This document shows, in pieces, positions 1 to 9,379 of a stretch of 64,000 nucleotides of DNA; positions within the stretch are counted from its first letter, which is position 1; each line of letters begins with the position of its first letter. The stretch is taken from the IMG/VR virus record IMGVR_UViG_3300032053_000058, positions 4,476 to 68,475 of that record; one strand, written 5' to 3'. The notes beneath the pieces were generated by a model. It was not told where the DNA came from. It worked only from the letters and a program-made list of their open reading frames with translations, and ran no database searches. Origin of the DNA: a virus. The translations under genes and the position numbers were made by a program.

Positions 1-108
1 CGCCAGGCGACCCCGGCCCGCCAGGCGACCCCGGCCCGCCAGGCGACCCCGGCCCGCCAGGCGACCCCGGCCCGCCAGGCGATCCCGGCCCGCCAGGCGA
101 TCCCGGCC
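1..108 (+). repeat. 18-bp tandem repeat x6 encoding GDPGPP
   Basis: CGCCAGGCGA(C/T)CCCGGCC repeated six times. Confidence 0.95.
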
Positions 109-359
109 CAAGAGGAATGATGGGGCCGCGCGGTAATTTTGGACCCCGAGGCGAACCAGGTCCACAAGGTATCCCTGGGGAACCGTTAAAGATTGAACGT
201 TGGGAGAGTGGAGTAACCTTTTACCCTGACCAACTCGTCTCTTATCAAGGTGCCCTTTACCAAACGACACGCCCCACGACACTTCGACCACCTGCATCCC
301 CGTGGTATGTAGTCGTGCGCGCGGGCGAGAGAATTGTCAATTCGGGGGGGGGGGTTTGA
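3..359 (+). CDS. Collagen-like (G-X-Y) fibre protein, 5'-truncated by the window, with C-terminal carbohydrate-binding-module-like segment
   Basis: Open frame from window start reads (PGDPGP)n, then [10 protein letters not shown], then W[19 protein letters not shown]...PPASPW. It ends just after a G11 tract. Confidence 0.75.
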   Translation, partial: PGDPGPPGDPGPPGDPGPPGDPGPPGDPGPPGDPGPRGMMGPRGNFGPRGEPGPQGIPGEPLKIERWESGVTFYPDQLVSYQGALYQTTRPTTLRPPASPWYVVVRAGERIVNSGGGV

Positions 360-1153
360 GTGATCCTATCCCTGACCCCAGCGACCCGGACGGCCCCAGC
401 GACCCGGACGGCCCCAGCGGCCCTGATGGACCCAGCGGCCCTGATGGACCCAGCGGCCCGGACGGCCCCAGCGGCCCCAGCGGCCCCAGCGGCCCTGATG
501 GACCCAGCGGCCCGGACGGCCCGGACGGCCCCAGCGGACCTGATGGACCCAGCGGCCCGAGCGGCCCGGACGGCCCCAGCGGCCCGAGCGGACCTGATGG
601 ACCCAGCGGCCCGGACGGCCCGGACGGCCCGAGCGGTCCTAGCGGCCCGAGCGGCCCGAGCGGCCCGGACGGCCCGGACGGCCCCAGCGGCCCGAGCGGA
701 CCTGATGGACCCAGCGGCCCGAGCGGCCCGAGCGGCCCAGCAGGTGGAAGTTCAAGTTCACGTTGTCGTGTATACTTCACGGTTGGTCAGTCACTCCCTA
801 AAGTAACGTTGACCAAACTCAATTTTGATACCGTGGATTACGACGGTAATAGTGAGTGGAGTGTTGCCAATAAACAATGGGTTGCGAAGGAGACTGGGTA
901 CTATCTGATTGTCGCCAACCTCAACATGATGAACTATGTTGGCTTTGCATCGTTACTGGTGGTCAAGAATGGTACAACCAACGTGAGTCAATTTGACGGC
1001 AAGAATGGACAAGCACTCTGGCTTAGTTTAGTGAACATTGTCTATTTGAACATTGGGGATACGCTTGATGTGCGAGTAATGAACGCCAGTTTGGTAAATA
1101 CAACAACAGGAAGTGGAACCAATAACACTTATTTCTGTGTCGCAAAGATGTAG
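356..1153 (+). CDS. Collagen-like (GPS/GPD)n protein with C-terminal C1q/TNF-like globular domain (fibre tip)
   Basis: About 120 aa of GPS/GPD triplets, then [20 protein letters not shown]...[13 protein letters not shown]...TYFCV, typical of gC1q. Start uncertain: TTG 356, ATG 308, or fusion to the upstream ORF. Confidence 0.75.
   Translation: MSDPIPDPSDPDGPSDPDGPSGPDGPSGPDGPSGPDGPSGPSGPSGPDGPSGPDGPDGPSGPDGPSGPSGPDGPSGPSGPDGPSGPDGPDGPSGPSGPSGPSGPDGPDGPSGPSGPDGPSGPSGPSGPAGGSSSSRCRVYFTVGQSLPKVTLTKLNFDTVDYDGNSEWSVANKQWVAKETGYYLIVANLNMMNYVGFASLLVVKNGTTNVSQFDGKNGQALWLSLVNIVYLNIGDTLDVRVMNASLVNTTTGSGTNNTYFCVAKM
376..740 (+). repeat. 9-bp-unit coding repeat (GGCCCCAGC / GGCCCGGAC / GGACCTGAT variants)
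   Basis: Directly visible tandem nonamers encoding GPS/GPD. Confidence 0.95.
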
Positions 1154-1169
1154 TTTGTGGAGGTTTCCG

Positions 1170-1958
1170 ATGCCAGTGTTCATAGCGAGTGATTTGCATA
1201 AAGGCGACGGTGGAGTCCGCGATAATTTCTCCCAACCCATTGACAAGACGCCAATCTTCAATGCCTTCTTGGATCGTGTTGAGATGGAGAAGGGCAAGTT
1301 GATTCTTGCGGGTGACTTGTTTGATTTCTGGCAGGTCAATGTGAGTAAGGCCCTCGTAGTGAATCGGCCGCTCTTGGATCGGTTGGCACAGTTGGGTGCC
1401 GTCTATATCGTAGGCAACCACGACTCTGATTTGCGATACTTCATTGGCACTGGTTTCTTGAAGCACCCATTTTTCCGCCGGATGTGTACGCATGTCGCAG
1501 GTCAGATTGGTGGACGGAAATTCTTGGTTGTTCATGGCCACGAAGCCGACTCGTACTGCAACAGTGATGTGCCCGGCATGGGACGTATGACGGCTATTGC
1601 TTCGGGCATGTTGGAAGATAAGGCGGGCGGCCCGGTTGAAGATGGTGTCTGTGTGGAAGATCGTTTCGTCGGGCGTTTGGAATGGTTGGCTGGTTGGTAT
1701 AGTCGCATTTTCAAGGGTGGTAAGGATCGTGTCGGCGAACTGCACGCCAACATGCGCACGTTGAAGGATGAGCGCGGGGCGGATGTGTTGATTACCGGTC
1801 ACACGCACATGCCGGGACGAATCGGTGATTGGTACTACAACAGTGGTAGTTGGGCACGCGAGATTGATAGTTTCGTGCGCGTTGAAGACAACGGCGTTGT
1901 TGGCGTATACAACTGGCCTGGCCCCGTGCCGAATACTACGGAGTTACCGTATGCCTGA
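1170..1958 (+). CDS. Calcineurin-like metallophosphoesterase (LpxH/UDP-2,3-diacylglucosamine hydrolase-like)
   Basis: SDLH, GDLFDFW, GNHD, HGH, GHTH and YNSGSW motifs. Confidence 0.85.
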   Translation: MPVFIASDLHKGDGGVRDNFSQPIDKTPIFNAFLDRVEMEKGKLILAGDLFDFWQVNVSKALVVNRPLLDRLAQLGAVYIVGNHDSDLRYFIGTGFLKHPFFRRMCTHVAGQIGGRKFLVVHGHEADSYCNSDVPGMGRMTAIASGMLEDKAGGPVEDGVCVEDRFVGRLEWLAGWYSRIFKGGKDRVGELHANMRTLKDERGADVLITGHTHMPGRIGDWYYNSGSWAREIDSFVRVEDNGVVGVYNWPGPVPNTTELPYA

Positions 1959-2742
1959 ATACGTGGCGGCACAGATTCCGATTGCGGACATCTTTGTGGA
2001 CCCTGAGTTCAATTGTCGGGGTGTGTTCACACCGCAGTCTGTTAAGGAATTGGCAGACACCATCGTTGAAGTCGGCCGGTTGATTTGTCCAGTTGTTGTG
2101 CAGCCGTGGAACAAGGATGGTTTCGAGTATCGCCTTATTGTTGGGTTTCGCCGGATGCGTGCGGTCACGTTCTTTCTTAAATGGACGGAGATTCTAGCGC
2201 ATGTTGCCGATGTGACCGAACATGAAGCCCGTGTACTGAATCTGGTCGAGAATCTTGAACGCAAGAATCTGAACATTTTGGAAGAGGCGATTGGCTTACG
2301 CAATATCTACCCTGAGAAGGTGACGATTGCACAAGCGAAAGCGGAGTTGAAGAAGCCGGGGGAGTGGCTTCGAGCACGGTTTGCTTTACTACGGTTGCCG
2401 CCTGCAATGCAACAACAGGCGGCGGCTGGATTGTTGAGTGCCCAGGACATCCTTAATCTCGTTCGGTTGACACCAGACGAACAACTTGCGTTTACACGCA
2501 GCGTTATTGAACGGCGGGCACTCCCAAAGTATCGTGTTCCTACTCACAAGGAGGGGAAATATGCCCGCCCCAATGCAGGTCGGGTTCGATACATCAATCG
2601 GATGTTGCTGAAATGGGGAATTGATGGGCTTCCGACACGGGCGTTGGCGTGGGCCGCCGGGGACATTGGCACCGAAGACTTAATGGCAGACGTGAAGATT
2701 GTGGTCCAAAGACTACGGAATGACGCTATAGAGGATGTGTAA
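1951..2742 (+). CDS. ParB/Spo0J-like protein
   Basis: FNCRG, PVVV, YRLIVGFRRMRA (GxRR box), LVENLERKNLNILEEA, followed by an HTH-like region. Confidence 0.8.
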   Translation: MPEYVAAQIPIADIFVDPEFNCRGVFTPQSVKELADTIVEVGRLICPVVVQPWNKDGFEYRLIVGFRRMRAVTFFLKWTEILAHVADVTEHEARVLNLVENLERKNLNILEEAIGLRNIYPEKVTIAQAKAELKKPGEWLRARFALLRLPPAMQQQAAAGLLSAQDILNLVRLTPDEQLAFTRSVIERRALPKYRVPTHKEGKYARPNAGRVRYINRMLLKWGIDGLPTRALAWAAGDIGTEDLMADVKIVVQRLRNDAIEDV

Positions 2743-2747
2743 CGACT

Positions 2748-3122
2748 ATGTCAGCACTCGAAACCATCACGGCACTTCGACACGAGCCAGGAATTGACTT
2801 GCGCCTGTTGAAGCCAGGAACCACCATATTTCTGGAAACCAATCTCTGCCTGTATGAGTTGAAGGTGTTGAACCCGGACAACTGCCTCATTGAGATCAGC
2901 GGCACTGATGAAGGCTTGAAGCAACCCACCATTGGGCAGTTTGTCGCCAGCATCTATCCGGTTGATCCTACCGTGCGTTTGGAGGGGTGGATCGGGCGGA
3001 ATCTCGTCATGGAGATACGGTTCCGAAAAGGCAACTACCTGTCTGGACCGATCATTTCGGCCAGCTTGAAGGGGTGTGGCTGGGGCTATGACGTATTTTC
3101 TGGGACTCCTGATGTATCCTAA
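2748..3122 (+). CDS. Hypothetical protein
   Basis: 124-aa ORF with AGAGGA upstream, in operon context. Confidence 0.6.
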   Translation: MSALETITALRHEPGIDLRLLKPGTTIFLETNLCLYELKVLNPDNCLIEISGTDEGLKQPTIGQFVASIYPVDPTVRLEGWIGRNLVMEIRFRKGNYLSGPIISASLKGCGWGYDVFSGTPDVS

Positions 3123-3250
3123 CACGGATTGAACCCATAATCGCACGGCTGGTGACTGGGATCGGTAAAGCCTGACCGGTAATGATATTCGCCGTCGTGG
3201 CTGGCGGGAAGTCGTGTGAAAATCAGGAGTCCCCCAAACAAAGTGGAAGC

Positions 3251-5776
3251 ATGAGTAAGGTATTCATAGACACAGAAACCTGCGGCCTTCATGGGATGCC
3301 GGTACTTTTGCAATGGGCCGAAGATGATGGTCCCATCCATCTCCATGAAATCTGGCGGCGACCGATCCATGAAACACTGACTTTGATTGAATGGATATGC
3401 CAACATACGGTCGTCGGTTTTAATCTGGCCTTTGATTGGTTTCATCTTGCCAAGACCTACACCATCTTTTGTCTTTGTGATCCAGATTGGATTCCCGAAG
3501 AGCATATCAATGAGATCGCCATGCTGGAGCCGCAGGGGCAGGACGGCCCCTGCGTCAAGCCAGTGGCCGCTCTGGACCTGATGCTTCACTCCCGCAAAGG
3601 CCCCTATCAGGCTCTCATGGCCCGCGAAGACATCCGCATCAAGCGGGTGCCCACGGCTCTCGCCTATGCGCTGGCTGACGAATTGGAACGACGTGTTCAA
3701 TTCGACAGCATCTACTTTGCCAAGTCGGCGGACCCAGAAGCCCCGCGATGGCAAGTCTTTGATCGCAAAACTCGTTGGGGCGAAATTGACTCTGACTTTA
3801 AGGACGTTGTTTTGCGTTTCAATCCGGCGGGCGGCCTCAAGTTTTTAGCCGAACATGCGATGGGTTACAAACCTAAGTTTCATTTTAAGGACGTAGAGCC
3901 ACCCACGACTTGGCGACCGTATGAGTTAGGTTACGCACCCACGGCTTCGGCTGTTTCAAGCCAGGCGAAAAATTGGGAAGTTTGGGGTCGCAAGAAGGGC
4001 AAGAAGGTTGCGATTGCAAAGGAAGAGGAAACACCCATCGCATTGGCAGACGCCTTGGCGGATGATAATGACGAGGATGAAATTGTCAAACGGCCCAAGA
4101 GTGAAGACCAATTGCTGGGGCGGGCCTGGCCAGGCGTTATCAAGAAACACATCGAACATTGGGCGGCCCGCGCTGACGCCCGCGAGTACGCGAATGATGA
4201 CATCGTTTATACGCGAGCCTTGGACAAGCATTTTGGATGCCCGGAGCCAGGTGACGATGATTCGATGCTGGCATGTATGGTGGCTGTGGTCCGCTGGCAC
4301 GGTTTCACGATCAACAAAGAGGGCATCCAAGAGTTGTTGTACAAGGCACAACAGGTGATTGCCACCAGTCCGGTCAACATCAACAAACCGACTGAGGTTC
4401 GTGCCTACGTGACGGCGGCGATGAACCAGATGGAATCTATTGTCCTTGAGGCATCCACGAAGAAAAGCAATCTGGAAGCCGTTGCTGACTGGGAGATTGC
4501 TGCAAAAGAAGACTGTGGTTGTCAGAATCCTGACCCGCAAGGATTCTTGACACAGAATCCAGATTGTGTACGCTGCAATGGCACCGGTTACATGCAGCCT
4601 GGCAAACATCCGGCTGCTTTGCGGGCGAAAACAATTCTGAATATCAAGATTGCAAACAAGGAAGTTGAGTTGTACACTAAGTTGTTACTGGCTGGAAAGT
4701 TTCACGCCAGTTTCGTAGTGATTGGCGCTCTTTCGTCGCGCATGGCCGGAGCGGATGGACTTAATCCCCAGGGAATCAAACACACCAAGGAAGTTCGCCG
4801 CATGTTTCCGCTCTTCTGGGCTGGCATGATCCTAAGTTTAGGTGACTTTACATCATTTGAAGTGACATTAGCGGATGCTGTCTATAGCGATCCTGGTTTA
4901 CGCGCCAAACTTGTTAGTGGCAAGAAACTCCACGCATTGTTCGGGATGGCCCTTTCAGGACTGACCTACGAGGAAGTCTTAGCCTCAGCAGGCACCGATG
5001 ATGACTGGTACGATAAGGGCAAGCGTGGCGTGTTTGCCTTGATCTATGGCGGTGACTGGAATACCCTTGTCCAGAAGTTAGGTGTACAGGCTGAACGTGC
5101 GAAAGCCGCCTACGATAAGTTTTGTTCAGACTTTCCTGGCGTCTTCAAGGCACGACAAAAGACCTTCAATTCATTTTGTTCCATGCGGCAACCAGCCGGT
5201 ATCGGGTCAGCAGTTGTGTGGGCGGACCCCGCCGACTACGCCATCACATTTCTAGGTTTCAAGCGGTACTTCACACTTGAAAATAGAATCTCGAAGGCCC
5301 TCTTTGATCTGGCTCGTAACCTGCCGAAGCACTGGAAAGCCTGCAAGGTTAAAGTATTGCGTCGTGACCGCGTACAGACGGCGGGTGGCGCAGTGTCGTC
5401 AGCGTTGTATGGTGCTGCCTTCCAGATGCAAGCTGCAAATATGCGAGCCGCTGCGAATCACGAGATTCAGTCGCCCGGCGCTCAAATCACGAAACGGGTG
5501 CAAAGAAAAATCTGGGATTTGCAACCAGTAGGAGTCCATGATTGGCTGGTAGCTTTAATGAATGTTCACGATGAAATTCTTTGTGTCAATCATCCAACCA
5601 TGCCGGACACAATTGCAGACGTTGTTCGTATGGCTGTTGAAAGTTTCCGTTCACAAGTTCCTCTTATTGGGATGGAATGGTACAAATGTGGGACTTCATG
5701 GGCAAGTAAGAGTGGTGCCGGTGCTGAGGGGGTAGTGATTATTTCCTATGAGAAGGATAAAATCCATGCCACCTAA
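3251..5776 (+). CDS. polA: Family A DNA polymerase with 3'-5' exonuclease
   Basis: ExoI IDTET, ExoII GFNLAFD, ExoIII YANDD; motif A GDFTSFEV, motif B KxxxFxxIYG, motif C NVHDE. Confidence 0.93.
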   Translation: MSKVFIDTETCGLHGMPVLLQWAEDDGPIHLHEIWRRPIHETLTLIEWICQHTVVGFNLAFDWFHLAKTYTIFCLCDPDWIPEEHINEIAMLEPQGQDGPCVKPVAALDLMLHSRKGPYQALMAREDIRIKRVPTALAYALADELERRVQFDSIYFAKSADPEAPRWQVFDRKTRWGEIDSDFKDVVLRFNPAGGLKFLAEHAMGYKPKFHFKDVEPPTTWRPYELGYAPTASAVSSQAKNWEVWGRKKGKKVAIAKEEETPIALADALADDNDEDEIVKRPKSEDQLLGRAWPGVIKKHIEHWAARADAREYANDDIVYTRALDKHFGCPEPGDDDSMLACMVAVVRWHGFTINKEGIQELLYKAQQVIATSPVNINKPTEVRAYVTAAMNQMESIVLEASTKKSNLEAVADWEIAAKEDCGCQNPDPQGFLTQNPDCVRCNGTGYMQPGKHPAALRAKTILNIKIANKEVELYTKLLLAGKFHASFVVIGALSSRMAGADGLNPQGIKHTKEVRRMFPLFWAGMILSLGDFTSFEVTLADAVYSDPGLRAKLVSGKKLHALFGMALSGLTYEEVLASAGTDDDWYDKGKRGVFALIYGGDWNTLVQKLGVQAERAKAAYDKFCSDFPGVFKARQKTFNSFCSMRQPAGIGSAVVWADPADYAITFLGFKRYFTLENRISKALFDLARNLPKHWKACKVKVLRRDRVQTAGGAVSSALYGAAFQMQAANMRAAANHEIQSPGAQITKRVQRKIWDLQPVGVHDWLVALMNVHDEILCVNHPTMPDTIADVVRMAVESFRSQVPLIGMEWYKCGTSWASKSGAGAEGVVIISYEKDKIHAT

Positions 5777-6353
5777 ATGCAATCTTATTGGGCAAACTTT
5801 CGGTCTTCTAACTGTAGTTGCTGAGATAACAGGTCAGGACCGTGTGAAATGGTTGTGTCGTTGTGTTTGTGGACAAACTACAATTACTCAAACAAGTAAT
5901 CTAACCAATAACCATACTCGCAGTTGTCGTCGTTGCATCCGAATAAAGTACAATGAACCCACAGCCACGAATCCTCTCTACAAGATTTGGGCGGTTCGCG
6001 TTTGCAGTAAACATGGATGTTGCTCTGCGTGGAGAAACTATGAGATATTTCGTGCGTGGGCTATTGACAATGGCTGGCGGCAAGGACTTTGGGTTCACCG
6101 TAAAGCCGATCAGGGTGAGTATGCACCTGAAAACTGCTTTATTGCGTCGCGCAGGTTACAGGGTGCATACGGACAGTCACAGTCCACTAAATTACTTCCT
6201 ACGGATATTCCCTTGATCTTTCAACTTGCTGATGGTGGTCTGACACCGGTTGAAATTGGTGCAAAGTTTAATGCGGATTCGAGAACTATCCGCGATGTCT
6301 TAAATGGTGTGACATGGAAGAATGTTGACGTGACTATGAAGATTGAGGTTTAG
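5748..6353 (+). CDS. HNH-like homing endonuclease family protein with C-terminal HTH
   Basis: LIGQTFGLLTV..WLCRCVCG..NLT..TRSC N-terminus, W..F..WA..NGW..L...R....G.Y.PENC core, terminal HTH. Confidence 0.75.
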   Translation: MRRIKSMPPKCNLIGQTFGLLTVVAEITGQDRVKWLCRCVCGQTTITQTSNLTNNHTRSCRRCIRIKYNEPTATNPLYKIWAVRVCSKHGCCSAWRNYEIFRAWAIDNGWRQGLWVHRKADQGEYAPENCFIASRRLQGAYGQSQSTKLLPTDIPLIFQLADGGLTPVEIGAKFNADSRTIRDVLNGVTWKNVDVTMKIEV

Positions 6354-6385
6354 GTGAGAAAGATTAGGGCGTTGGAGATGTCACA

Positions 6386-6934
6386 GTGACACCGTTGCCA
6401 CACAAGAAATTCAACATCATCTACGCCGATCCGCCGTGGGATTATGGGAATACTCATAACCACAGTGGGCATTTCTACGGGATCGCGGATCGGCACTATC
6501 CGGTTATGAAACTCAAAGACATAAAAGCCTTACCAGTAGGGGCTTTGGCAGATACAAACTGTTACCTATTCCTATGGGTTACATCCCCCTTCATGGAGCA
6601 GGCGTTTGATGTGATCCGCGCATGGGGTTTCAAGTTTGCAACGGTCGGCTTCGTCTGGGTGAAAACGACAAACGACGGTCGCAAGGTGAGAGGCGATGGG
6701 TTGGGAAAGTACACGATCTCCAACGCTGAATACTGTTTGATTGCACGAAAGGGACAGTATTGGCGTGAGATGCGAAATGTCAAACAGATCGTCATGGCTC
6801 CAAAGGCACAACACTCGAAGAAGCCGGACGAAGTGCGAGAACGTATCATAGAGTTGTGCGGTGCGTTACCTCGTATTGAACTTTTCGCGCGTCAAAAGAC
6901 GCCAGGGTGGGCGACGTGGGGTGACGAAGTATGA
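6386..6934 (+). CDS. MT-A70 family N6-adenine methyltransferase
   Basis: IIYADPPW, LFLWVT, WGF, FVWVK, HSKKP, RIELFAR, WGDE. Confidence 0.92.
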   Translation: MTPLPHKKFNIIYADPPWDYGNTHNHSGHFYGIADRHYPVMKLKDIKALPVGALADTNCYLFLWVTSPFMEQAFDVIRAWGFKFATVGFVWVKTTNDGRKVRGDGLGKYTISNAEYCLIARKGQYWREMRNVKQIVMAPKAQHSKKPDEVRERIIELCGALPRIELFARQKTPGWATWGDEV

Positions 6935-7326
6935 GAAAGATTCGCCAAGCCAAACACGGGCCGGAATACTATATCCAGAAAGACCTTGTTACCATGCTTC
7001 GTGCCCGAGGCTGGTACGTGGAACGGATGATCGGCAACGCGCTTCAGTACGGCATCCCGGACATATTCGTTGCGCATACGAAGTGGGGCCAACGCTGGAT
7101 CGACGTGAAACAACCGAAACGGTACAGTTTCACTAAACAACAGAAGCAAAAGTGGCCGGTGTGGGAATCCTTTGGAATCGGCATCTGGATTCTGACCGCC
7201 GCCACACAGGAAGAGTACGACAAACTGTTCAAGCCACCTAATTGGCGGGATTATTGGAAAGAGTCTTGGACCTTGCCGACACAGGCCAACATTGACCGAA
7301 TGTTGGAGGAATGGGATTTAGAATGA
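6931..7326 (+). CDS. VRR-NUC / PD-(D/E)XK endonuclease (resolvase-like)
   Basis: E..IQ..L...L..RGW, GIPDI, WIDVKQP, T.QQ. Confidence 0.75.
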   Translation: MRKIRQAKHGPEYYIQKDLVTMLRARGWYVERMIGNALQYGIPDIFVAHTKWGQRWIDVKQPKRYSFTKQQKQKWPVWESFGIGIWILTAATQEEYDKLFKPPNWRDYWKESWTLPTQANIDRMLEEWDLE

Positions 7327-8288
7327 TCCATCTTTCATGCGGGGATGCGCTGAGTTATTATGACCAATGGGATGCGCCAATGGTCATTATCTCAGACGGA
7401 CCTTATGGTCTCAGTGGATTTGACGGCGACCTTGCACGGCCCAACCAACTCAGTACGTGGTATGAACCGCACATCGCAGCGTGGACTCGTCGCGCCTCAC
7501 CACATACAACATTATGGTTCTGGAATACGGAAGTCGGTTGGGCTGAAACCCATCGCATCTTACAGGACGCAGGGTGGATTTATCGGGCATGTTGCGTTTG
7601 GGATAAAGGTTTGGCGCATGTAGCAGGCAATACCAACACTCAGACACTCCGAAAGTTCCCAGTTGTCACCGAGGTATGCGTCCACTACATCCGTCAACCC
7701 AAGTTCCGATTAGCGGTTGATGGGCCAATACTCTCGGCTCAAGATTGGCTCCGAGCGGAATGGCGACGAACTAAGTTGCCTTTTGCTAAGGCGAATGAAG
7801 CGTGCGGTGTGAAAAATGCCGCTACACGCAAGTATCTCACAGGCGATCATCTATGGTATTTTCCACCGCCCGAAGTGTTTCAGAAATTGGTGGACTATGC
7901 CAATACGTATGGTGATTCTTCCGGGTGTCCATACTTCTCGATTGACGGTGAGACAAGTCTACCAGCTTCGCAGTGGGAACAACTTCGCGGAAAGTTTCAT
8001 TGTGACGCCGGAGTGACAAATGTTTGGCAGGTTCCTGCCGTGCGTGGCAAGGAACGAATCAAAATCCACGGCAATGCCGTCCATCCCAATCAGAAACCAC
8101 TCATTCTTATGCGGCGACTCGTGAAAAGTTGTTCGGATCAAGGTGACGTGATTTGGGAACCATTTGGCGGACTCTGCACGGCTTCAATTGCAGCGACCGA
8201 ACTTGGGCGGGAAGCATTTGCCGCTGAGATCAATCCTATTGTCTATGAACATGCACTCCAACGGATCAAAGATGCTACTACAACGTAA
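7323..8288 (+). CDS. DNA N4/N6 methyltransferase (beta class)
   Basis: GDAL, IISDGPYG (DPPY variant), HPNQKP..L..RL, WEPFGG. Confidence 0.85.
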   Translation: MIHLSCGDALSYYDQWDAPMVIISDGPYGLSGFDGDLARPNQLSTWYEPHIAAWTRRASPHTTLWFWNTEVGWAETHRILQDAGWIYRACCVWDKGLAHVAGNTNTQTLRKFPVVTEVCVHYIRQPKFRLAVDGPILSAQDWLRAEWRRTKLPFAKANEACGVKNAATRKYLTGDHLWYFPPPEVFQKLVDYANTYGDSSGCPYFSIDGETSLPASQWEQLRGKFHCDAGVTNVWQVPAVRGKERIKIHGNAVHPNQKPLILMRRLVKSCSDQGDVIWEPFGGLCTASIAATELGREAFAAEINPIVYEHALQRIKDATTT

Positions 8289-8745
8289 ACCCAGTCGTTG
8301 GACCTGTCTGCCAGTTTCATTCGCAATGGCTCTGAACATTGCGGTTGAAGACATCTTTGCCGAGTTGGGGCATGACGGCAGCACCATCTTCTGGCCCGAT
8401 CTGCCCGAGCCAATGTGTCGGCGTGGTTTTCATATCCAAGAGTTAATAGAAGTGGCTCTGCGTCGAGGCTTCACTGTGACGCCCTTCGAGTTGTCCCCGG
8501 TCTTGGAGAGTGGCGGCAAACAGTATATCTTCGATGAACGTTGGACCAAGTTTGCAACAGTCATTGCAAACAGTGTTGGGGTTCTTGAAGGTAACGGCAT
8601 CCGCACGCGACACGCGGTTGCCTATGAGTTTGGGCAAATCTTTGACCCGGACAGTGGTGTCTATGACTATTCCCGCGCTGCGTGCGAGGGACGATTTTTC
8701 TATGCAAACTGCGCTTGGCGCATTGATCGGAGACAAGATGTATAA
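8272..8745 (+). CDS. Papain-fold / C39-like peptidase-like protein
   Basis: Q..P..W.C.P.S.AM, then HAVAY and IFDP (Cys-His-Asp order). Confidence 0.55.
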   Translation: MLLQRKPSRWTCLPVSFAMALNIAVEDIFAELGHDGSTIFWPDLPEPMCRRGFHIQELIEVALRRGFTVTPFELSPVLESGGKQYIFDERWTKFATVIANSVGVLEGNGIRTRHAVAYEFGQIFDPDSGVYDYSRAACEGRFFYANCAWRIDRRQDV

Positions 8746-9379
8746 TCAAGAATTGGCGGAACAAGTCAGGCGACAGGGAGAACCGTTGACAGACGAGGCG
8801 AACTTGACGCTTTATACCCTTGTATGCGCCGGTGATATGTCGGCCCGTGAACGTATGGTCACAGGCAACATGCCTCTTGTCGTTGAATGGGTCAACAATT
8901 TTATTCAAGATGGACGCCCCTGGCTTGAATACCTCCGTGACGATCTAACTGGTGCCGGTTTTCTTGGACTTGTTGGAGCCGTCAACAATCTTGCCAAAGG
9001 TGAGAGAAATGTCGTAAACCCAATTGGTTATTTGCGCGGTGCCGTTTTAGCAAAACTATTTGACGCCATCGGACAAGATCAAAATGTTGGACGATCCCGA
9101 AGTGGTGGTCGAGCACGGCGGGATGAAAATTGGACGTTGCCATCTACTATCCCTGTGGATATGGAAAAGTTGCCAGTCAGTTCGGAAATTCGCGCGGTGG
9201 ACTTGCGTGATTTCATAGAGGCATGTTGTCGAAATGATGTGGAGCGTCAATACGTGCGACTCAAGGAAGAAGGACATACCTACGCGGAGATCGCACAACT
9301 TACCGGCGTCCATGAAACAACAGTTGGACGCACTATTCACCGCATCGAAACAACAATCCAACAAGAGTGGTATAGATGA
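8738..9379 (+). CDS. Sigma-70 family RNA polymerase sigma factor
   Basis: GD..ARE.M..GN..LV, DDL...GFLGL..AV (region 2); G.TY.EIAQL.GV...TV (region 4). Confidence 0.85.
   Translation: MYNQELAEQVRRQGEPLTDEANLTLYTLVCAGDMSARERMVTGNMPLVVEWVNNFIQDGRPWLEYLRDDLTGAGFLGLVGAVNNLAKGERNVVNPIGYLRGAVLAKLFDAIGQDQNVGRSRSGGRARRDENWTLPSTIPVDMEKLPVSSEIRAVDLRDFIEACCRNDVERQYVRLKEEGHTYAEIAQLTGVHETTVGRTIHRIETTIQQEWYR

Noticed and set aside
337-806. Alternative-frame and antisense ORFs over the collagen repeat
   Set aside because: Shadows of the G-X-Y coding repeat.
3251-6353. Intein or group I intron in polA associated with the HNH gene
   Set aside because: The polymerase is continuous through motif C, no intein termini are seen, and the HNH lies downstream.
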